This document shows positions 45,191-57,777 of a DNA stretch of 64,000 bases, in pieces. Source of the stretch: Heteronotia binoei (Eukaryota); the NCBI RefSeq assembly GCF_032191835.1, contig NC_083233.1, positions 63,302,001 through 63,366,000 on the forward strand, written 5' to 3'. The notes beneath the pieces were generated by a model. It did not search any database. It was not told the DNA's origin and saw only the letters and a list, made by a program, of their open reading frames with translations. The translations under genes were made by a program, and so were the position numbers. Every line of letters begins with the position of its first letter. Position 1 is the stretch's first letter.

Positions 45191-46903
45191 ACACCCAATA
45201 TATGTTCATGATCAGGTGCAACAGCAACTCAAATTTATACTCTATTACATAAGCCCTTCATTTAAAGGATTTCTGTCCCGGGCACAATAGGGAAGCAGGA
45301 AAAGAACGCAGACGATGTGCCAGTTTTCTCCTCCTTCCCAACAGCCAGCCAGTGGTTGCTACCTACTGAAGTCTGAGAGATTGTGGGGGGAGGGGGTGGG
45401 GGAAGCTAACCGACCTCTTCTCTAGATTTGAGCTCATGTTGCATACCCAAGAGCAGTCGTCCAAGCTTTTAAATTGAACAGGTATGATTCTTTTCTGAAC
45501 CCAGAAAAGAAAACAAACTGGAGACAGTGAGAACTGGGTTAGGTTTCAAAACACAAGAAGAACAGAGCCAGAGAACAAAGAAATCCAAACTTAGGGACAC
45601 TTTAGTAAAGTTTTTGCTACCTGAGCAAATTGTATTCTTGATTCAAATGTCATCATTTTAACAAAGGAAAAAACACAAGGACATGCAATCATAATATATA
45701 TATATACAAATATATAAATATACAGGCATATAAAATATATAAAATCTTTGATTTGAAAACACTGCTCATAACTTCAGAGGATTTCATTACAGTAGGATTT
45801 CATTGTGTAAAACTCCCAGTACCAATGGCATCTCCCACACAAATCTCACTGGAAACCAACACAGTTTGTGGAAGAAGAAAGATGTAAATTAAAGCCACTT
45901 CCAGATTTCTTGCTTTGGACTTGGAACTTTTGACTGTGCCAGTTTTAAAGCTGGGATTAATTTTATTTTGTGGGGTGGGATGGGGGTAAGGAGTTGATAT
46001 GTTCCATCACAAATCCAGAGCTGAAATTAATCTCTTATCCCATAATTTAATATCTAATATTACATCACACGCTTTTCTTAGTTTTTCATGTACGCAACTG
46101 GTACAGCAAACTTGTGTCCCAAATGTCTTCTCCAACAAAGCAAAGTGTCCTGCAAGTTTGCCAACAGTCAGAGGGGCTATACCCCACAAACCACTTGCTC
46201 CAGAACAACCCCTCACCAATTCCATTGACTTCAATGAGACTGCAGTTAAAGCCACTGGGAGGACCACAGCTAATACTTCAGTAGCATCGCCCCACCCCCC
46301 ACCCCCAAGAGACGAAGAGCCCTCCAATACTTTATGGATAAGTCACAAATACTTAATGCTTTCCTAAGCAACTGAAGTGCAGCATTTCAGCCAAGGGTCT
46401 TTAACATTCACCCCCAAATGTTTACATCCAAAACATTTCTTGGACCGTTAGACAAGAGACAACCCACTACCCCCAACAGGTGTCCAACCGAAAAGCAAAG
46501 CGGTTCTGGCCAGTCCTTTCTAAACATATACCTGTTTTTCTGCCATCCGTATTCCTGCAAGGATGCTCTTGATTCAGAGCGCAAGATCTCGCTTTCTAAT
46601 TTTAAAAGAACAGGGGTGGGGGGTTTTGGGGTGGGGGGAGGCAGAAGCGATCCAGTGAAGAAGAGGTGAGCATTCGAATCCTTGGTTGTCTTTGAAAGGC
46701 ACCAAAAAAAAAAAAAAAAGTTCAAAGGAGGGGTGCAGGGGGAAGCGTTGATCTGACAGTCAAGCCAGCCCCGTCGGAAGTCCAGCAGGTGTCTCCGGAC
46801 CGTCCAAGACCTCCCGCTTGCCGGATCCGCTCCGCTTGCCGCCCCCTGCCCACCCCACCCGCAGGGCCTTCTCCCTCCCGAGGGGGCGCCGCCGCTGCCT
46901 GCT

Positions 46904-47563
46904 TCAGACGTAGTTCTTCTTGTCGTAGTCCCCGTTGGCGGCGGCGGCGTTGGAGGTGGGCCGCCGGGGGGCCGAGTACTTGACGGGGAAGGCGGAGCTC
47001 TCCTCCTGGCGGGCGCAGGGGCAGCAGATGAGGGCGCCGCCGAGGAGCAGCAGGGCCGAGGCTGCCCAGGCGACGTAGAGGGCGGCGCCCATCTCCCGCT
47101 TGGAGCGCGTCGCGGGGTCGTAGAAGTTGCTGATGATGATGTTGGCGAACCAGCTGGGCGGGATGAGGACCAGCAGGCCGCAGAGGACGAAGAGGGCGCC
47201 CCCGACGCCGGCGATCCAGGCCTTGGCCCGCCCGGCCCGCACGCAGGTGGTGCACTGGGCGCCCACCACCGTCACCAGCAGGGCCACCAGCCCCAGCAGC
47301 GCCGCCACCACCATGAGGGTGCGCCCGGCCTGCAGCTCGGCGGGCAGCGAGAGGATGGAGTCGTAGACCTTGCACTGCATGTGCCCGGTGCTGTGCGCCA
47401 CGCAGGCCATCCACAGGCCCTCCCAGGTGGTCTGCGCCGTCACGATGTTGGCCTCCACGAAGGCCGAGACCTGCCACATGGGCAAGCCCGACGCCAGGAT
47501 CGCGCCCGCCCAGCCCAAGATGGAGAGCGCCAAGCCCAGCAGCTCCAGCGCCGCCGATGCCAT
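46904..47563 (-). CDS. CLDN5: Claudin-5, 219 aa, intronless CDS
   Basis: [10 protein letters not shown]...W-GLW-C-C claudin signature (WEGLWMAC...QC), 4 TM segments, C-terminal [11 protein letters not shown]...GDYDKKNYV typical of CLDN5; synteny with CDC45. Confidence 0.97.
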   Translation of the reverse strand: MASAALELLGLALSILGWAGAILASGLPMWQVSAFVEANIVTAQTTWEGLWMACVAHSTGHMQCKVYDSILSLPAELQAGRTLMVVAALLGLVALLVTVVGAQCTTCVRAGRAKAWIAGVGGALFVLCGLLVLIPPSWFANIIISNFYDPATRSKREMGAALYVAWAASALLLLGGALICCPCARQEESSAFPVKYSAPRRPTSNAAAANGDYDKKNYV

Positions 47564-47759
47564 CCTGTGCAGTCGCCCTCGGGGAAATCCGCTGAAGGTT
47601 GCAAGGAGCGGCTGCTGCTGCTGCTCTCGGCCGCGGGGGTCTATCTGGCCTCCTGGGTTAGATCTCTGCCGCTGGGATCTGGGCTTCGAATCAGCCGCTG
47701 GGATCTCCCGAACGTCTCCCTTTCTGCGCCTCGCCGGGTTTGTTCTCCAAAGGCGTCGC

Positions 47760-47880
47760 GGGGAGCTTTTTATGCTGCACAAGCGTGCCAGCCCCGTCGA
47801 GGCAGAGGGGGACGGCTCCCCCCTTCCCGCCCCGTCACGGCCAATCAGAAGACGCCTGCCTCCCCCGGGCAACCAATGAG
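47760..47880 (-). promoter_or_regulatory. CLDN5 core promoter within CpG island (about 46740-47940)
   Basis: TATA-like CATAAAAA (minus, 47774-47767), GC box 47826-47833, CCAAT at 47841 and 47873. Confidence 0.65.
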
Positions 47881-50800
47881 GGATTTGCGAGGCAGGGGTT
47901 GAAAAAAAGGGACCCCAAACGAGGCGCGTGGCGGTGACTCACGGTGGGTGAGGGATGAGGGAGGCAGGGGTGGTGACCAGGGGGGGAAGAAGGTTGGCTA
48001 GGAGCCAGGGGAGGAGGCCAGCAACAGCAGGTCCTTCTGCTTCAACCCAGAGCCCATTGCTAGAGAGAGAGAGGATGGGGTGGGGGGGAGAAGGTGTTTC
48101 CCAGACTGAAGAAACCAAGCGGAGTGAGGCTTCCTCTGTCTGGAGGAGGGAGGCTTGCATGGTAGAAAGCCTTTCCCAATAAGAAACAAGGGAACAGAAT
48201 GTTCCTTTTCAGATCACATTATCCCCTCAAAACGAAGAGAACCCGGTGAACCCCGGCAAAGACATTCCAGAGCCCTAGTAAAGTTTGTCAGTCAAAGCAC
48301 CAGAGAAGTTCAGGGGCACCTTAAAGACGGACTGTGTTTATTCTGAACAGCAAGACTCAAGTCCAGTAGCATCTTAGAGACCAACAGGATTTCTGCGATG
48401 TAAGCTTTCGAGGCTGAATGCTCTCTTTGTCTGATGGAAGGGATTGTTGTGGGAATGCTGGAACAAAACAAAAAAAAAGCTTCACCCACCGGCAGAAGTG
48501 AAGCCCGCGGAGATAACCCTTGAGGGAAGGGCAGGTTATAAATAAAAAATTATAAATAAATATATAAGTAAAAACCCTGAGAGGGAGTTCCAGAGGCTTG
48601 GCCCCAGGAACTAAAACTCGATCCCTTCGGAGAGAGATTTTTTTTTTTTTTAACCAGGAACCCTTACTGGAAAAGAAGCAGCATCCTGGAAAAATAGGGA
48701 CAGATTGAACATATGAGACATTGCCCAACTGAGGGCAGCAAAATTCTGCCAGCCAAGTTTCCTACACAGACTTCTACAGCATTAAAGAGGTCTCCAAAGT
48801 CAGTAGTGTCTACTCAGACTGACAGCCGCTCTCTGGGGTCTTAGGCAGAGGTCTTTCACATCACCTACTGCCAGATCCTTTAGGGGTCCCCAACATGGTG
48901 CCCATGGGCACTATGTTGCCCACTGGCACCTGCCAAGGGTTTTTTCTGAAATAGGTGGGACCAGGTAGGGCTTTTTTGCCAGCAAAGTTTCTCATGGGCC
49001 TTTGGAGACTTTATGGGCTGAGCAGATTTTCAAATCTGCTTCAGTGGCAACTGCCACCACCACAGCATGAAGATTGCCACTGTGTGACTGAAGTTAAGCT
49101 GTGGCAGCCATTTTGTGGCTTTCTCCACCTTTAATGGAGCCTATTTTGTAGCATTGTCCGCCACACTGTGTCAGAATTCCAAAGGCAGCTGCCAGCTCAA
49201 AAGGGTTGGGGTCCCTTGCTTTAACTGGAGATGACAGGGATTGAACCTAGGACTCTCCACATGAACATAAGAACATACAAAGAGCTATGCTGAATCAGAC
49301 CAAAGGTCCATCTCTTCTAGCATTCTGTTCACATCACAGCCAACTGGCAACTCCTAGGAAGCCCACAAACAGGTCATTGTCTAAGGTGGTTGTTTCCTTA
49401 GTATTGTCATGGAGCACCTACCCTCTGCATTGTAAGACACCTGCAGTTTTACTCTTGGTGGCATCATGCCCCACAAACTTGGCACTGTGCCGTGATTCCC
49501 CAGCCAGAGCCTGGCATCCTGTTGCTGTCAGTGGCTTCCTGGAACTAGGAGGGATGATTGTCGCTTCACCAAGAGAACAACAAAACAAATTCCATCCCTG
49601 TTTGGGATCCCACTGAGGGGAAAGCGGAATACAAATATCTCAATAAATAAGCAAACTAACACTGCTTGGGGAGGGTTTGCTAATACCTCCCCCCCATTTT
49701 TTTTTTGCAGATTCACCCCCCCCCTCTTGTTTTTAAGGAAAAGACGTATTGTGCTCAGATCCATTGTGGCACAAGCTTTCATGAACTAGAACTGACTTCA
49801 TCAGAGCCTCAAAAAATATACATGCCTTTTTTAAGGAGCTTTATTTCAACTCCAGTTTGCAAACATAATGGTTGATATTAGCTAATTTGGAGCATGTGCT
49901 TGCTTACTGACCACTGTGAGGAGCGCCATTGTGAAATACCCTGTGGATTTAAGAAATGTTATCAAATATAGATGCACACACAAAGTTGGGTGTAGAGATA
50001 AAAACATAAACAGTTCAATAAAAATAGTTGCATCATACTTGGAATCTGCCTTGAGTCCTAGTGAGAAAGACAGACTGTAAATGAAAATAAAAAGACCGTG
50101 CGATGGAAAAGGTCCGCTCTGTGACATAGTATCATAAAAATTAGATGCTCACGCATGAAGCTGTTTTAGGGTGCTCCCACCCACACTGGACAATGCACTT
50201 TCAACATACTTTAGCAATCATCTGCAACCGGATGTGCACTTTTACACATTCTTAATAATGCACTTTCAGTCCACATTAACAATTCTTTACCAGTATATTT
50301 TGCAGTTTCACACAATAAAAAACTAAAAAAAAAATAAGATTGTCCGGCAGCCAGAAATTCTAGCTCTTTAGTGTTATGTACCACTAGGTGGCAAGCTAGA
50401 CTTTCTTTTTAAAAAGGCAAGTGACATTTCAGAGGTGGTTTGCTATTGCCTACCACTGTGTCATGACCCTGGTATTCCTTGGAGGCTGCCCTTCCAAATA
50501 CTAGCCAAAGCCAACCATGATTAGCTTCTGAGATCTGACAAGATCAAGGTAGCCTGGGCTATCCATATCAGGGCACTGAAGTGTATTGAAAGTGCATTAT
50601 TCAACATGTGCAAAGGCAGCTAAAGTCAGATTCGGCCTATTGGTCTATCCAAGTCAGTCTTCTCTGCTCTGACCAGCAGCTTCTGGATGCTGTAGGGGCT
50701 TTGGGTCCCTGTTGGGGAGAAAAGTGGGATATAAATGCATAAATGCAATGGTCATCTAGGTGGTGTGTGGGATTTGAATCAAGAATGCTGGGGTGATGGA

Positions 50801-52368
50801 TGGGGGTGGTTGTCCCCATGCAATTTTCCTTGCAGCAATCTGCTTCCTTGAGCTGCCTTTAGCTCTGTTACTGGGGTTGGATTGGGAAGTTAAAATGGCC
50901 CTGGGAGCAAGCCAGCCAAGATGAGTGGCCTCCATGGTGCCACAGGCCATGGCTGTGGGTCAAGCTCACACTTGACCAGTGACACCTAATATAGCCGGTA
51001 GCAATGCAAAAGAAGCAATGGATGAGCTGGCACCCATTGTTGGGTCTACTGACCATATCTGAGCTGAGCAGCCCCTATACACACATAGTTATCTCATCCT
51101 GAATTAGATCTTTGGTCCATCAAGGTTAGTATTGTCTATTCAGGCTGGCAGTGGCTCTGCAGGGTCTCAGGAAAAGGTCTTTCACATTAACTACAACCTG
51201 GTAGCTCCAACGGAATATGCCAGGGATTGAATTTGGGACCTTCTGCAAGCAAAGCTGATGCTCTACCATGGAACCACAAACAGTTCCTAGTTGACAGAGC
51301 TACTAGGGTTGCCTGCCTCCAGGTAAGGCCTGGAAATCTCCTGCTTTTACAATTGATCTCCAATTGGCAGAGATCAGCTCCCCAGGAGAAAATGGCTGCT
51401 TTGAAGGGTGTCCTGCTTCTATGGCATTGTACCAGGTACCAAACCCCACCCTCTTCCATATCCACCCCCAAAGTTCCAACAGAGCTGGCAATCCTATCTT
51501 CCAACACAGAGCTACCAGGGGTAGGATCTGCTGCTCCTGGCTGTGAGTGGTTCACCAGCAATTTTCACTGTAAACTGAATGGCTAATCCACACCTGCCAT
51601 CTTTCCCTACCTCCCCTCCCTTTTTTACATATGGTGAAGAATAGCAGGGTGGCCCCTTCAACAAAGAAATAGCCTGGAGGGAAGCTTTAACCCCCACAAT
51701 GCCATGGCCTGGATACATCTCCCTACCTGATGCAGTTTAAGGTAATATGCACCCTGGGATTATGGATCCCTTCTAGGGTTGTCAGCTCCAGGTAAGGAAA
51801 TTCCTGGTGGTTTGGAAGTGGAGTTTGGGGAAGGTATAATTTGAGGAAGGGAGGAACTCAGGAGGGTATAATACCATAGCAGCCATTTTGTCCAGGGGAA
51901 GAGATCTGTGTAGACTAGGGATTACAATTTTGGAAGATCTCCTGATCCCACCTTGAGGTTGGCACCCCTAAATTCTGTACACTAACAAGGAGTTTGGCTG
52001 CGAGGTCATCAGAGAAAATGGAGAAAGAAGCTAAAATTTTAATCTCCTTTTCTTTCCCTCTCCTACTCATTTCCCATTCACAGCACCTGCTTGAAAAGAG
52101 GAAAAACTCAAAAGCGTCAAAGAGTTTGCTTCAACACCTGTTAAGGAAAAGCACAAAAGACTTTCTTCCCTCCCATGCACCGTATGTTGGGCCAGGAAAC
52201 AGACACTATGCTCAGTGGTCTGTTCAAGCAATCGGACATTAGCGTTTGATGCTATTTATATGTAAATGGTGAGGAACTGTGGCTCAATGGAAGAGCCTCT
52301 GCTTTGTATGAAAAAGGTCCCAGGTTCAATTCCCAGCATTTCCAGTTGAAATGACCAGGCAGTAGGTG

Positions 52369-52534
52369 CAGGGCCAGTCCTAGACTGTCTGACAACCTAG
52401 GCAAGGCTAACTTCTGGTGCCCCCCCCCCACTGATAATGTAACCGAGTCACATGGGGATTGCCCAATTCAGTGCCCCCAGGAGGCTGGCACCCTAGGCAA
52501 TCACCTAGTTTGCCTAGTGGCAGGGCCAGCCCTG
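52369..52534. mobile_element. hAT MITE nested in a tRNA-SINE
   Basis: Exact 8-bp TSD AGTAGGTG (52361-52368, 52535-52542); TIR CAGGGC...GCCCTG. Confidence 0.88.
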
Positions 52535-53796
52535 AGTAGGTGATGTGAAAGACCATTGCCTGAGACACTAGCGAGTGCTACTAGTCTGAACAGATGATAC
52601 GGACTTAGATGGACCAAGGATCTGATTGAGTACAAGGCAGCTTCATGTGTGCATGTGTTTATACTTAAGGGGTGGCTGTGGTTCAGTGGTAGAACACCTG
52701 CTTGACAGGCAGAAGGTCCTAGTCTAATTCCCAGGATCTCCAGTTACAAGATCTGGCAGTAGGTAAAAGGGGAGGCCTCTTAGAGACCAAAGGAGAAGGC
52801 CAAACTGCAAAGAAGAAGAAGGAGGAGGAGATGATGATATTGGATTTATACCCCACTCTATACTCTGAATCTCAGAGTCTCAGGGTGGCTTACAATCTCC
52901 GTTACCTTCCTCCCCCTCCCCAACAGACTCCCTGTGAGGCAGGTGGGGCTGGGAGAGGTCTCCCAGAAGCTGCCCTTTCAAGGACAGCTCTGTGACAGCT
53001 ATGGCTGACCCAAGGCCATTCCAGTAGCTGCAAGTGGAGGAGTGGGGAATCAAACCCAGTTCTCCTAGATAAGAGTCCGTGCACTTAACCACTACACCAA
53101 ATTAAAGTGAACTTAATTCTAGACACATGTATCTGCATTTGTGCCTTGACCTTTATTTTGTATTTACAGTATAAGAATTATGTCACAAGGATTCTTGTAA
53201 CTGTGTGAAAGGAGACCAGCACAGAGGTTTCTCAGTCTATTTGCTTATCTGCTTATTTTGCATAGAATAGTGTCTGCAAGAACAGGCAACCGCAAAAACA
53301 GAAATAGCAGCCACCATCGTGACCCATCGATGTCATAAAATGTTTTTCTGAAAAATGAGTTTTACTTAAAGGGTATAAAGAATTGCCATATGTTTTGTTC
53401 AGAGAGACTGCTTTATCAGGTCACCAGACACTGTCTCCGAACAGTCTTCAATTTGCAGATAGTTGGAGTTCTCCTTGCAATCACAACACACACACACACC
53501 CTTTTTCTTTTTGCATTTTACAAACGTTTCTAAATATATGGCTGACCCCTAGTCAGAATCAGGAGGCGACTTCCCCAAGATGGGTGATGTGGAAGACGTT
53601 TGCCCTGAGACCTTGGAGAGCGACCGCCAGCCTGAGTAGAAAATCCTGACTTTGATGGACCAAGGGTCGGATTCAGTATCAGACCATGTGTTCATGTATT
53701 ACATGTGTGCTTGATTTTAAACATCTTCCTTCAGCTGTTTTATTTATTTATTTAGGACATGTTTCGACTGCTTTTCTAGGTTCCTGCTCATGACAG

Positions 53797-53798
<2 letters not shown>

Positions 53799-53879
<81 letters not shown>

Positions 53880-55792
53880 TTTTTATTTCTATCCCGCCCT
53901 CCCCGCCGGAGCGGGCTCAGGGCGGCTCACAACATAAAATAAACATTACATCGGTTTTACATTATAAAACATGGTTAAAACAGTTATAAATTATTAAAAT
54001 TAACATAACATAACAATATGGCGTTATAAACATTAGATTTGGTAGACTTCTAAGAATAAGACATTAAAACATTTCCAGCAGCATGCCTAGCTTTGTCATT
54101 GATTCTGTCACTAGTTGAAGGCCATCTTGAAAAGGTGGGTCTTACAGGCCCTACGAAATTGATCTAAACATCTTAGGGCCCTCACTTCCTCAGGAAGTTG
54201 GTTCCATAGTAGTGGAGCAGTGACAGAGAAGGCCCGATCCCGGGTGGCCTTCAGTCTGGCCTCCCTTGGCCCAGGGATATTCAACTGGTTTTTCCCAGAT
54301 GACCTCAGTGCCCTCTGGGGCTCATATGGGGAGAGACGGTCCCTCAGGTAGGTAGGTCCTCGGCCATATAGGGCTTTAAAGGTAATAACCAGCACTTTGT
54401 AGCGAACTCGGTATACCACTGGCAGCCAGTGCAGCCCGCGCAGCCCCGGCTGTATGTGCTCCCATCTTGGGAGCCCCAGCAACAGCCTAGCCGCCGCGTT
54501 CTGCACCAGCTGCAGCCGCCGAGTTCGGCACAAGGGCAGCCCCATGTAGAGGGCGTTGCAGTAGTCCAGTCTCGAGGTGACCGTAGCATGGATCACCATT
54601 GCTAGGTCACGGCGCTCCAGGAAGGGGGCCAACTGCTTCGCCCGTCGAAGATGAAAGAACGCGGACTTGGCAGCGGCCGCTATCTGTGCCTCCATTGATA
54701 ATGAAGGCTCCAGAAGAACCCCCAGGCTCCTGACCTTATGTGCCGCTTTAAGCTGCACACCGTCAAGAACCGTCAAGGGGATTTCCCTTCCCAGGGCACC
54801 GCGACCCAAGCAAAGGACCTCTGTCTTCGTTGGATTCAACTTCAGCCCACTTAGTCTGAGCCAACCTGCCACGGCTTGCAATGCTAGGTCCAGGCTTTCT
54901 GGGATGGAGCCAGGCCGGCCATCCATTAGTAGATAGAGCTGGGTGTCATCAGCATATTGATGGCACCCAAGCCCAAACCTCCGGGCAATCTGGGCAAGGG
55001 GGCGCATATAGATGTTAAACAACATCGGGGAGAGAACTGCCCCTTGTGGCACCCCGCATACTAGTGGGTGCCTCCGGGACCGTTCCCCCCCAATGGCCAC
55101 CCTTTGTCCCCGTCCTTCGAGGAAGGAGGAAAGCCACTGTAAGGCCAATCCCCCAATCCCCGTGTCGGCGAGCCGGCGGGCCAGTAGCTGGTGATCGACC
55201 GTATCAAATGCGGCCGACAGGTCCAACAATATCAGCACCGCCACGCCGCCTCGGTCCAGATGCCGCTGGAGGTCATCCACCAAGGCGACCAGCACTGTCT
55301 CCGTCTCATAACCAGGACAAAAGCCGGACTGGTGAGGGTCTATGGTGGAAGTGTCATCCAAAAAACTCTGCAACTGTAACGCCACTGCCCTCTCTATGAC
55401 CTTACCTAAAAATGGTAGGTTGGAGACCGGTCTATAGTTTGCCAATTCGGCCGGATCTGCTGTACTCTTTTTTAGGAGAGGGCGGACCATGGCCTCTTTC
55501 AAAGATGTTGGAAATTGCCCTTCCAAGAGGGATCTATTTACGATATCCTGTATAGGATATCTAAGCTCCCTCTGGCAGGATTTAATTAGCCAGGAGGGGC
55601 ATGGGTCAAGGTCGCAAGTTGTAGGGCGTACAGTTGAGAGGACTTCGTCGACTTCCCCAAGACTAAGCGCGTCAAAGTGATCCAAGATAACATCAGGAGA
55701 CAGGCACGGAGCCCCGGGTTCATCTACTGCATTCAATGTGGCAGAAAAGTCCTGGTGGAGTGACGAGATTTTATCTGCGGAGTGACGAGATA
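53799..55792 (-). mobile_element. 5'-truncated L2 LINE with uninterrupted RT ORF
   Basis: 541-codon frame 54111-55736 (DLSAAFDTVDH, GVPQG, HQYADDTQLY), L2 3' end and (ATT)n tail 53799-53878; TSD ACAGAT at 53793-53798 and 55793-55798. Confidence 0.95.
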
Positions 55793-57777
55793 ACAGATCA
55801 TTGCTATTTGTTATCTGTTATTAGTAGAAAAGCAAAAAAGCCATGGGAGCTTTGCTTCAACACACTGAAAATAAAGGCACGAATATATGCATAAGCAAGT
55901 GATTAAAGTATAAATGTATTCATTCATAACCATGATCGCAAAGTCAAACAAGATTTGTATATACTCCCTTCTGGACTCAGCCTCTGCAAAAGTTGTTATG
56001 GTTGCCAGTTTTGGGTTGGGAAATACTTGGAGATTTAGGGGAGGGTGGAGTTCATGGAGAGGAAAGACCTCAGCAGGGTATAATGCCATAGAGTCCACCC
56101 TCTAAAGCAGCCATTTTCTTCAGGGGATCTTGGAGATCAACAGTAATAGTAGGAGATCTCCAGGTGTGATCTGGAGTTTTGCAACCTGAGTTGTTGCTGT
56201 CTTGCTAGGGCTTGGTGTCTTCATTTGTTTGGCTTTAGAATACCTTGTTTTAAAAAGAAAATTGCACATACAGCCCATTTTACATCGTTAGTGCATGATG
56301 CACAGCTTATCCATGTCATATACGACTATACATCTGTACAATTGGATATGAAAAACTTTTGCCATATGTGTGCTGGAAGGTCTTACATCATTGGTAACAT
56401 GTGAGTACATTTCTGGCAAATTTCAAAAGAACAGAAAGAAAAGCAAATGCCGTTGATGCAACACTGGTCATGCAGATGAGCGTAGCCAGTTTCTCCAAGA
56501 GAAGATGAACTGATTGAACTTTTTGTCACAGCTGCTAAGTAGATACTCAGGGAAACAGCCCATGATAAGAGGCATCTCCTGAGTCCAACAGTCATCAAAC
56601 CTGGTACCCTCGGAGCTTACCTGGGTTGCCTGTCTCTAAATCCAGCTGTTAAGTAGGGACAATGGCTCAGGGGCAAGGCATCTGCTTTGCATGCAGAAGG
56701 CTTGAGGCTCGATCTCTGGCACCTCCAGTTAGAAGGACTGGCTATTAGGTGATATGGAGGACCATTTCCTGAGCCTCTAGAGACCACTATCAGGCTGAGC
56801 AGATAATGATGGTGGAAAATGCCATCAAGTTACAGCCGACTTACAGCTACCCCATAGGGTTTATAAGGCAAGAGACAGGTGGTTTGCCATTGCCTGCCCA
56901 TTTGCAGCAACGCTGCTATTCCTTGCCAGTCTCCCATTCAATACCAACCAGGGCTTGACCCTGTTTAGTTTTGGAGATTTGACAAGATCCAGTTAGCCTG
57001 GGCCATCCAGGTCAGGGATGAGCAGACAATACCAATCTTGAGCAACCAGTGGTCTGGCTGAGTACAAAGTGGATTCAGGTGCCTTATAAGGAATGGCTGA
57101 AGGTCTGGGTCTTAACCTGCTCCAGTGAGCTAACACTGATCAGTGAGAAATGAAGAGCCATTGATTGGCAAAAATAAATGGAAATGATTTATTAAGCACA
57201 ACCCAGCAAATACAGTAACAGCAAAGCAATAAACTCTTCAAATCAAGAAAAAGTCCAGACAACACATAGAACATCGGCAAAGAAAAAAAATGTACAAACT
57301 TGTAATGCATTTCAGGGAAAGCGGTTAAGAAGCGTGTATATATGAAATACATGCATGAAAAACACCAGTATTTGAAAATTATGTGGAATTGCATGAAAAA
57401 AGGCACAGCAGGAACTCATTTGCATATTAGGCCACACCTCCAGACATCACCATTGTTTCACATAGGGCTTTTTTGTAGGAAAAGCTCAGCAGGAACTCAT
57501 TTGCATACTAGGCCACACTCCTGATGCCAAGTCAGCTGGAACTGTGTTCCTGTGTGTTCCTGCTTTAAAAAAAGCTCTGACTGATTAGGAAAGGAAAGGT
57601 CCGCTGTGCAAGCACCAGTCGTTTCCAACTCTGGGGTGATTTTGCTTTCACAATGTTTTTATGGCAGACTTTTTAAAGGGTGGTTTGCCATTGCCTTGCC
57701 TGATTGATTACACTACAACAAAATACGGGATAGTCTAAACTCCCAGTCATCTCTGTTGAGGGCTACCACCAGGTCCC

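Noticed and set aside
45962-45967. AATAAA (minus) as CLDN5 poly(A) site
   Set aside because: Plausible, but UTR-like AU-rich sequence continues beyond it; cannot fix the 3' end from sequence alone
47564-47872. 103-codon in-frame N-terminal extension of CLDN5 in the ORF track, reminiscent of the long human CLDN5 ORF
   Set aside because: Starts at TTG, contains no ATG and runs through the TATA and CCAAT region; open frames are expected in GC-rich sequence
46722-47902. Long overlapping ORFs (251 aa minus; 169 and 173 aa plus) at CLDN5
   Set aside because: Shadow frames of a GC-rich coding CpG island with low-complexity G/R/A/P composition
53799-53878. (AAT)n microsatellite as an independent feature
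   Set aside because: It is the 3' tail of the L2 element and lies inside its TSD
54111-55736. 541-aa RT ORF as a domesticated host gene
   Set aside because: Begins at TTG, lacks endonuclease domain and promoter, bounded by TSD and tail: 5'-truncated insertion
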